From: an uncultured Chloroflexia bacterium
Lineage (GTDB): Bacteria > Chloroflexota > Limnocylindria > Limnocylindrales > CSP1-4
Direction of reading: 5' to 3'
NCBI GenBank assembly: GCA_963746845.1
Contig: CAVVCZ010000005.1
Coordinates: 32,001-96,000 of the forward strand
Length of the DNA stretch: 64,000 nt
How positions within the stretch are numbered: position 1 is the first letter of the stretch; each line of letters starts with the position of its first letter. Shown one piece after another: positions 57,618-64,000 of this stretch. The notes under the pieces are model-generated. The model worked only from the letters and a program-made list of their open reading frames with translations. It was not told the origin of the DNA and did no database searches. Position numbers and translations under genes: made by a program.

Positions 57618-58928
57618 TCAGGGGGCCGGGGAGCGAGCCGGGGACCGAGCGGCCGATGGCGCCGGCGCCGCGGCCGACTCGCTCGGGAGCGGGATCACGA
57701 TCTGCTGGCCCTCGGTCACCTTGTTCGGGTTCTTGATCGCCGGGTTCGCGGCGAGCAGCTCGTCGAGGGTCAGGCCATGGGCCTTCGCGATCTTTGTGAG
57801 CGTGTCGCCCTTCTTCACCGTGTAGACGAGGGGAGTCGGGGCCGGGGGCGGGGTCGGCTCGAAGGACGGCTTCACGGACCCCGACGGCGAAGGGCTGGCG
57901 CCGGGCGCCGAGCCGGTCCCGCCGAAGTTGAGCAGGCTCGGGAGGAAGAGCAGGAAGATCGCGAGCAGGCCCACGGCAACCGCCATGAAGACGATCCGGG
58001 GGATCTCGGGCATCCCGATCCGGGTCCTGATCGTCGGGTAGGCCTCGTAGCGCTTCGGCTGCTCCCAGTCCGGACCGTTCGGGCCACCGAGATGCTGGTC
58101 GTACGCGCGCGGCCGGCGCGGGACGCGACCGGGGGGCGCCTCGACGCTCGCGTACTCGTCCGGCACCGCCGGCCGAGCGGAGCCCGAGCCGGACGAGAAG
58201 GCCGGGGACGAGCCGGTGGCGGCAGCACCGACGGCCGCGCCGGTTGCGGCCTCGCCCCACAGCTCCTCCACCTGCTCCGTTCGCCGACTCGGTGGCGGAC
58301 CGCCGGCGAGTTGATCGGCCGCGCTGCCCGCGAGCCCCGCCCCGGGCTCCGGCTGCCGGCCGAGGAACGCCGGCGCCTCCGCGTCGACGCTCTGGCGGCG
58401 CGCTTCGTTCGAGGCCAGCCAGGGGGGCGGCGCCGCCCAGTCGCGCGGGGGGTTCCGCTGGACCGGCTCGTCGCCCCGGTCGGCCGTCGACGCCAGGTCG
58501 TCATCGCCGGTCTCGTCGTCACCCGGGACCGGGCTCGTCGCCGAGGCCGCCGATGCAGGCGCGGGAGCGGGTCGAACCGCCTCGTCGGGAGGTGGCGGGG
58601 TGACGTCGTCGGTGGGCGCGCTCGCGGCGCCGGCCGCGGCCGGCGCCGGGGCGTCCGCACCGCCGGCCGCCGCGGCCGCGGCCGCCTGGTCGCGCGCCCG
58701 GGCGGCCTCGCGCCGGGCCCAGCTCTGGAAGGTCGGACACACCGGGAACGCGGTCGAGAGGCAGTAGGCCTCCTGGTGGGCGAGGGCGCGCGGCGCCGGA
58801 TACTGCTCGGCGTAGCAGCGATGGCGATGATCCGGAGCGGACGCGCGCTCGTCGCGATCGTCCTCGAAGGCGACGAAGGGACAGGCCGTGGCGCCGTCCG
58901 CGAGGGGCAGTCCGCGTTCCGTCACCAC
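57618..58928 (-). CDS. Bitopic protein: Cys4 N-terminal domain, disordered linker, TM segment, LysM
   Basis: C-terminal YTVKKGDTLTKIAKAHGLTLDELLAANPAIKNPNKVTEGQQIVIP (LysM). TM IVFMAVAVGLLAIFLLFLP. N-terminal CPF..HRC..YCL..CPTF. Confidence 0.85.
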   Translation of the reverse strand: MVTERGLPLADGATACPFVAFEDDRDERASAPDHRHRCYAEQYPAPRALAHQEAYCLSTAFPVCPTFQSWARREAARARDQAAAAAAAGGADAPAPAAAGAASAPTDDVTPPPPDEAVRPAPAPASAASATSPVPGDDETGDDDLASTADRGDEPVQRNPPRDWAAPPPWLASNEARRQSVDAEAPAFLGRQPEPGAGLAGSAADQLAGGPPPSRRTEQVEELWGEAATGAAVGAAATGSSPAFSSGSGSARPAVPDEYASVEAPPGRVPRRPRAYDQHLGGPNGPDWEQPKRYEAYPTIRTRIGMPEIPRIVFMAVAVGLLAIFLLFLPSLLNFGGTGSAPGASPSPSGSVKPSFEPTPPPAPTPLVYTVKKGDTLTKIAKAHGLTLDELLAANPAIKNPNKVTEGQQIVIPLPSESAAAPAPSAARSPARSPAP

Positions 58929-58946
58929 CCGATGATACCGGCCCGG

Positions 58947-59744
58947 TCAGCCCTCGGAGGCCGGTCGGCCGGCGGGGCGAGGCACCGGCTGCGGCCCACC
59001 CGGTGGCGGGGCCGGCGGACGGCCGTCCGCTCCGCCGATCCCGAGCATGATCGTGTTCCCGCTCGAGGCGCCGAGCTGCTGGATCACGCGCAGCTGGAGG
59101 AGCCCGGGGTTGTCGTCGAGCAGCCGGCCGGCATTCGCCAGCGATCGGAGGGCCGCCCCCTCGCCGCGCGCGCGCTCGAGCGCCGCCTCGCCCTCCCGGC
59201 GGGCCGCGACGATCCCCGCGTACGCCCGCTTCAGCTCGCCGGGGACCATGACGTCCCGGACGTCGACGCCGAGCAGCTCGACCCCGATCCGGGCGATCTC
59301 GCTGGCGACCTCCGTCGCGATCGCCGGGCCGATCGCGGCCCGTGAGGCAAGGACGTCATCGGCCGTCCGGCCGGCGATCGCATCGCGCAGACCGGTATGC
59401 AGGGCGGCGTACAGCGCCGCGAGCCAGCTCTGGTCGTTGGTCATCGCGGCGATCGGGTCGGCGACGACGTAGCGCGCGGTGAGGCTGACCTTCAGGGCCA
59501 CGCCATCGGCGGTCAGGATCTCCTGCCCCGGGACCGTGATCAGCGAGGGCCGGGCGTCCAGCAGCTGGATCTCGGTGATCGGCTTGATGACGACGTGCGT
59601 CCCGGTCGACAGGAGACCGACGAGCTTGCCCTGCCGGTAGTGGAGACCGCGCTGATAGTCGCGAACCGTGATGACGGTGACGAAGAGCCGGACGAGCACG
59701 ACCGCGATCACCACGAGCACGATCAGGACGATGATCCCTTCCAA
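58947..59744 (-). CDS. Slipin / SPFH (band 7) family membrane protein
   Basis: N-terminal TM, GQEILTADGVALKVSL, GVDVRDVMVPGEL and AALERARGEGAALRSLANAGRLL..NPGLLQLR. TTG start after GGAGG. Confidence 0.87.
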   Translation of the reverse strand: MEGIIVLIVLVVIAVVLVRLFVTVITVRDYQRGLHYRQGKLVGLLSTGTHVVIKPITEIQLLDARPSLITVPGQEILTADGVALKVSLTARYVVADPIAAMTNDQSWLAALYAALHTGLRDAIAGRTADDVLASRAAIGPAIATEVASEIARIGVELLGVDVRDVMVPGELKRAYAGIVAARREGEAALERARGEGAALRSLANAGRLLDDNPGLLQLRVIQQLGASSGNTIMLGIGGADGRPPAPPPGGPQPVPRPAGRPASEG

Positions 59745-59861
59745 GCGATCCTCCGCTTCAACCCCGGTCCGGGTGGTCGGTGCCCGTCGTCTGCCAGCCC
59801 CGTGAAGGGTTGACCCGCCGCGCCGGATCCCGGAACGACAGCGGAGGCACGAAGCCTGCAG

Positions 59862-59976
59862 GGCCGGCATTCCGGTCGCCTCGAGGGCCAGACCCGAGCG
59901 CGACGGGGTTGGTGCAGGATTCGAACCTGCTCAGCCACATGCGACCGGTGCAGGACAACCGCCGGCGATGCCGGCC
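59862..59976 (-). ncRNA. Candidate tRNA-like structured RNA upstream of the slipin gene
   Basis: Canonical T-arm GCAGG-TTCGAAT-CCTGC (59914-59930), a short acceptor-like stem GGTTG/CAACC, and an enclosing stem GGCCGGCAT/ATGCCGGCC. Confidence 0.5.
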
Positions 59977-60182
59977 AGACGCTGACGAGGGCCGCGCCAC
60001 GATGCTAGACGAGGCCGGGCATCGAGGCAACGCGGTCCACACCACCCGACCCGGGGGCCGGCGCCGCCCGAACCGGCACGCGTTTGACAGCCGACCGGCG
60101 CGCTCCGAGACTCCGAGTCACCGCACCGGACCGCATGATCGACGCGATCCCGCGAACCTTCCAGTGCCCACGAAGGAGACCC

Positions 60183-60614
60183 ATGACCCGATTCAGCGGC
60201 ATCCTCGCCCCGAAGACGACCGTCCATGCCCATTGCGACCTGCCGTGCGGGGTCTACGACCCGGAGCAGGCGCGGATCGAGGCCGAGTCGGTCTATCGGA
60301 TCATCGAGAAGGCGAACGCCCAGAGCGACCCCACGTACACGACGCGCGCGATCGCGATCAAGGAGAAGCAGGCGGAGCTCGTCAAGCAGCACCTCGACGT
60401 GCTCTGGCACGACTACTTCAAGCCGGAGCACCTCGAGAAGGTCCCGAACCTCCACGAGCTGTTCTGGACGGCGAACAAGCAGGTCAGCAAGGTGAAGGCA
60501 GGTCTGGACCTCGCCGAGGCGAAGAAGCTCCTCGACATGATCGACGAGATCGACGCCGCCTGGAAGGCGACCGGCGGCGAGGAGAAGACCCGGGTCGCCG
60601 GACGGCCCTCCTGA
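60183..60614 (+). CDS. sodN: Nickel superoxide dismutase precursor
   Basis: Ni-hook HCDLPCGVYDP after a 16-aa leader, and LDVLWHDYFKPEH. SD AAGGAG. Confidence 0.96.
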   Translation: MTRFSGILAPKTTVHAHCDLPCGVYDPEQARIEAESVYRIIEKANAQSDPTYTTRAIAIKEKQAELVKQHLDVLWHDYFKPEHLEKVPNLHELFWTANKQVSKVKAGLDLAEAKKLLDMIDEIDAAWKATGGEEKTRVAGRPS

Positions 60615-60624
60615 CGCTCTCCTC

Positions 60625-61098
60625 GTGACCGAACCGGAGCCCCGCCGCGAGGCGGGGCTTCGTCCCGTCCGTGGCACGCCGCGCCGGGCGACGCTGGGCG
60701 AGCGGATCCGCGGCCCGTGGCGGGTCGCGGTCCGGGAGCGCTCGATGGCGCCCGCGATCCAGCCCGGCGACTGGCTGCTCGTCGATCCGACCGTCGCCCG
60801 TTGGCCGCGCCGCGGCTCGATCGTCGTCTTCCGCGAGCCCGACGGCGACCTCCTGGCGATCAAGCGCGTCGCGGCGGGTCCGGGCGACCGCGTCCGCCTC
60901 GACGCCGGCCATCTCGTCCTCGGCCCGGACGAGGCGTGGCTCCTCTCGGACGCGCCGCTCGCGACGCTCCTCGACGAGGGCGCGGGCGCGCCGATCGACT
61001 CGCGCCGGTACGGACCCGTGACCATCGACTGCCTCGTGGGGCGCGCCTGGTTCCGCTATGGTCCGGTCGGCCGGATGGGTCGACTGTCCGGCCGGTAG
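60625..61098 (+). CDS. sodX: NiSOD maturation peptidase (S26-like)
   Basis: VRERSMAPAIQPGDWLLV (Ser), IKRV (Lys) and DSRRYGPV. Directly downstream of sodN. Confidence 0.85.
   Translation: MTEPEPRREAGLRPVRGTPRRATLGERIRGPWRVAVRERSMAPAIQPGDWLLVDPTVARWPRRGSIVVFREPDGDLLAIKRVAAGPGDRVRLDAGHLVLGPDEAWLLSDAPLATLLDEGAGAPIDSRRYGPVTIDCLVGRAWFRYGPVGRMGRLSGR
60636..60661 (+). terminator. GNRA-capped hairpin just after sodN
   Basis: GGAGCCCCGCC-GCGA-GGCGGGGCTTC. Confidence 0.55.
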
Positions 61099-61133
61099 CG
61101 TCGGAGCCGAACGGGCTCCAGGGAGGTCGCCCA

Positions 61134-61895
61134 ATGCCTCGCCACACCCGCGGCCGCTTCCACGGAGGCGCAGGGCTCGCGACGAGCGTCGTCGCGGCGA
61201 TGATCGTCGCCGCGTGTGGCGGCACCGCTGCGTCGAGCGTCGCGCCGACCGCACGGCCCGTCACCGCCGCGCCATCCCCGACGGCGAGACCCGTCCCGTC
61301 GGTCGCCGCGAGCGTCGCGCCGTCCGAGGCGGCCGCCCTGCCCCGTCACGGCCGGATCGACATCGCGAGCGACGGCTACGGGGTCACGCTCCCGGACAAC
61401 TGGTTCCGGATCGACCTGACGAAGGCCGACATCGATGCCTTCGTCAAGGCCGGCAAGGGCGGCTTCGGGCCGGGCATGACCGACCAGCTCGCCAACCAGC
61501 TGAGCGCCCTCGTCTCCCAGGGCATCTCGCTGTTTGCCTACCGCTTCGCCGACGAGCAGGCCGGCCTCGGGACGAACCTCAACGTGCTCGTCCTGCCGTC
61601 GGGCGGCATGGACATCGACGCCCTCGAGAACCTGAACATCGGCCAGCTCCAGAGCATCGTGGGCAAGGACGTCACGATCGCGCACACGCGGGAGAAGCTG
61701 CCGGCCGGCGACGCGATCCGGATCGCCTACACGATCCCCGCGTCCACCACGACGAACGGCCAGACGGTCGCGCTGATCCAGCACCTCGTCCTGGCACCGG
61801 ACAAGCAGCTGGTCCTCACGTGCACCGCACCCGGCGGGATCGACAAGATCGCCGACGAGTGCGACACGATCGCGAAGAGCGTCGAGTTCCTGTAG
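61134..61895 (+). CDS. Lipoprotein with a PsbP/DcrB-like domain (tentative)
   Basis: Lipobox VAAC-GG, Ala/Pro linker, GYGVTLPDNW..TIAKSVEF. SD GGAGG. Confidence 0.65.
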   Translation: MPRHTRGRFHGGAGLATSVVAAMIVAACGGTAASSVAPTARPVTAAPSPTARPVPSVAASVAPSEAAALPRHGRIDIASDGYGVTLPDNWFRIDLTKADIDAFVKAGKGGFGPGMTDQLANQLSALVSQGISLFAYRFADEQAGLGTNLNVLVLPSGGMDIDALENLNIGQLQSIVGKDVTIAHTREKLPAGDAIRIAYTIPASTTTNGQTVALIQHLVLAPDKQLVLTCTAPGGIDKIADECDTIAKSVEFL

Positions 61896-61926
61896 GAGCC
61901 GCCTGGAGCCGGTCCCGGCCAGGCCG

Positions 61927-62832
61927 TCAGGCGGGTGCGGCCGCCGGCTCGCCGAGGGTGATCCCGGCAGCGACGCAGTCCTCGGCGAACGCCGCCTGGG
62001 CCTCCTCGGTCGGCGACCAGCGCGTGGGGAAGGCCACGAGCCGGTCCAGCCCGATCGCGGCCAGCCGGCCGATCAGGTCGACCCGCGATGGCCCGGCGTC
62101 GCGGACATCCTCGTCGCGGACGTAGAGCGAGAACCGCAGCGTGGCCGGATCACGGCCCTCGTCCTCGCAGCGGCGACGGACCTCGACCATCCGTGACGCG
62201 ATCTCATCCGGCTCGAGGAAGACGTAGTTCAGCTCATCGGCGAACCTGATCGCGTAGCCGGCCGTCCGTCGCTCGCCGTTGCCGCCGACGATGATCGGGA
62301 TGCGCGGCTGCTGGAGGCCCTTCGGGACGTTGATCGCGTTCCGGACGTGGGCGTGGACGCCTTCGTAGCTCGCGTGACCCGGCGCGAACATCCGGGTGAT
62401 GACCTCGAGGTCGTCGCCGAACGCGTCCATCCGTTCGCCGATCGGCGGGAAGCCGTAGCCGTAGGCCTCCCACTCGTCCTTCTTCCAGCCGGCACCGATC
62501 CCGAGCTCGAACCGGCCGCCGCTGATCACGTCGAGCGTCGACGACACCTTCGCCGTGTGGGCCGGGTTGCGGAACGCGGTGCAGACGACCATGTGACCGA
62601 GCCGGACCCGACGGGTGACGACGGCCAGCGCCGAGAGGACGGTGAACGACTCGAACGTGATCTCGTCGGTCGGCTCGGGCACCGTGTGGAAGTGATCGAA
62701 CACCCACAGCGACTCGAAGCCGAGGTCCTCCGCCTGGGTGGCGAGCTCGACCGTCCGCCCCCATGCCGCGGCGGGATCCCAGCCGTCGTACTCGCCCTTC
62801 CAGCCCTGGGGCGCCATCAGCCCGACCTGCAT
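61927..62832 (-). CDS. LLM-class (probably F420-dependent) oxidoreductase
   Basis: GFESLWVFDHFH, RNPAHTAK..LDVISGGRFELGIGAGW and PIIVGGNGE. Confidence 0.9.
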   Translation of the reverse strand: MQVGLMAPQGWKGEYDGWDPAAAWGRTVELATQAEDLGFESLWVFDHFHTVPEPTDEITFESFTVLSALAVVTRRVRLGHMVVCTAFRNPAHTAKVSSTLDVISGGRFELGIGAGWKKDEWEAYGYGFPPIGERMDAFGDDLEVITRMFAPGHASYEGVHAHVRNAINVPKGLQQPRIPIIVGGNGERRTAGYAIRFADELNYVFLEPDEIASRMVEVRRRCEDEGRDPATLRFSLYVRDEDVRDAGPSRVDLIGRLAAIGLDRLVAFPTRWSPTEEAQAAFAEDCVAAGITLGEPAAAPA

Positions 62833-62936
62833 CCTCGGCCTCCCGCCCGGTTCGCGATCCCTCGTCGTTCCGTGCCATCGTCGCCGGTTTCCCGGAACGC
62901 TGCCGCGGACCCGGCGCGGACGCCTATCCTCGGTCG

Positions 62937-64000
62937 ATGACGACATTCGACCCGCGCGAACCGCTCGTGCCCGCTCCCGATCCGTGGGACGAGCTGCCCC
63001 AGCCGTCCGTTCGCTCGGGACCGCCCTGGCACATGACCGACATGATCGCGGCCGAGCCGTTCGTCGCCGAGCGGATCCTCGACCGGCTCGACGATCCGGC
63101 GGGGCCCGCCGGCCGCCTCGCGGGGGCCATCGGCCAGGCGGCGAGCAGCGGTGCGCCGATCGTGGTCACCGGCTGCGGGACGAGCGAGCACGGCGCGATG
63201 GCCGCCGTCGAGATCCTGCGTGAGGGGTTGCGCTCGGGTGCGCTGCCGAGCGGGCCGTCGACGATCATCGCCGCCCAGGCGTTCGAGCTCTCGCTGGACC
63301 CGCCGACCGGTGGGCTCGTCATCGGTATCTCGCACGAGGGCGGGACGGCGGCCACGATCCATGCGCTCGAGGCATCGGCCGCCGCCGGGGCGCGAACCGC
63401 GGTCATCACCGGCAGCGCAGAGTCGCCGGCCGCCGCCGCGGCCGAGATGGTCGTCGCGACGGTCGAGATGGATCACGGCTGGTGCCACACCGTCGGCTAC
63501 CTGTCGCCGATCGTCGCGGCTGCCGCGATCGCCGGCGAGCTGGCCGATCGATCCATCGATCCGGTGGCGATCCGCGACCTCCTCGCAGCGGGCGCCGCCG
63601 ATGCGTCCGGCGCCGAGGCGATCGCCGCGATCCTGGCCGACTGCCGGACGATCGTGACGATCGCGTCGGGGGCGGATCGACCGGCCGCCCGCGAGCTCGC
63701 GCTGAAGATCGAGGAGGCCGCCTGGATCCCGACGACCATGCGCGACCTCGAGACGTTCCTGCACGGCCACCTGCCCGCGATGGATTCGACGACCGGGCTC
63801 GTGCTGATCCTCGCCGACCGCGACGGGCGGGCGGCCCGTATCGCTCGAGCGAGACAGGCCCTCGGGGCGGCGCGCGCCGTCGGGATCCGCGCGGCGGCGA
63901 TCATCGCCCGCGACGTCCACGGCCAGCTCGACGCGGAGCTGACACCGGCCGGCCGCATCCGGATCGACGAGGCGAAAGGCCTGCCCGCGCCCGTTGCCGC
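62937..64000 (+). CDS. Double SIS-domain sugar isomerase/deglycase (GlmS/FrlB-like), runs off the window end
   Basis: Translated by hand: WHMTDMIAAEP, VTGCGTSEHGA, GISHEGGT, ARELALKIEE and ETFLHGH. Confidence 0.8.
   Translation, partial: MTTFDPREPLVPAPDPWDELPQPSVRSGPPWHMTDMIAAEPFVAERILDRLDDPAGPAGRLAGAIGQAASSGAPIVVTGCGTSEHGAMAAVEILREGLRSGALPSGPSTIIAAQAFELSLDPPTGGLVIGISHEGGTAATIHALEASAAAGARTAVITGSAESPAAAAAEMVVATVEMDHGWCHTVGYLSPIVAAAAIAGELADRSIDPVAIRDLLAAGAADASGAEAIAAILADCRTIVTIASGADRPAARELALKIEEAAWIPTTMRDLETFLHGHLPAMDSTTGLVLILADRDGRAARIARARQALGAARAVGIRAAAIIARDVHGQLDAELTPAGRIRIDEAKGLPAPVA

Noticed and set aside
59905-59960. A canonical tRNA gene at the GGTTCGAATCC motif
   Set aside because: It is only ~55 nt, with no D arm, no proper anticodon arm and no CCA. 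Kept only as a tRNA-like candidate.
1-64000. CRISPR arrays, rRNA, IS transposases and known riboswitches
   Set aside because: None was recognised by eye. An Rfam/CRISPR scan would be needed to exclude weak cases.

Overview
Very GC-rich bacterial chromosomal window, probably from a Chloroflexota or Actinobacteria-like soil/sediment organism. That placement is inferred from gene content (F420-dependent enzymes, NiSOD, GH57s, many leaderless genes). About 58 CDS are present. From left to right: partial fabI, a 2-ATPase/2-permease ABC exporter and a vapBC toxin-antitoxin pair. Next is tRNA-Gly(TCC), carrying a ~5.3 kb decayed integrative element whose att duplication is the 5' half of the tRNA. 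An arsenic cluster follows (MerR-ArsC in-frame fusion, arsR, arsM, EamA and MFS transporters), then a CYTH-Ppx/GppA plus CYTH pair. A ~22 kb alpha-glucan/maltodextrin region contains glgA, glgP, three GH13s, two GH57s, malEFG-like ABC genes and a LacI regulator with visible operators. The rest holds an adenylate cyclase, htpX, a GntR with a divergent 40-aa small ORF, lysA, a two-component/ABC module, a LysM membrane protein, a slipin (SPFH) gene behind a structured tRNA-like leader, sodN-sodX, an LLM oxidoreductase and a partial SIS protein. The best candidates for new biology are (1) a TipA-like MerR-ArsC gene with its own 19-bp-spacer MerR promoter and an internal ribosome-binding site, (2) the T-arm-containing RNA upstream of the slipin gene and (3) the 5'-end tRNA integration. 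No CRISPR array or rRNA was seen. All protein calls come from motif recognition by eye; no database search was run.
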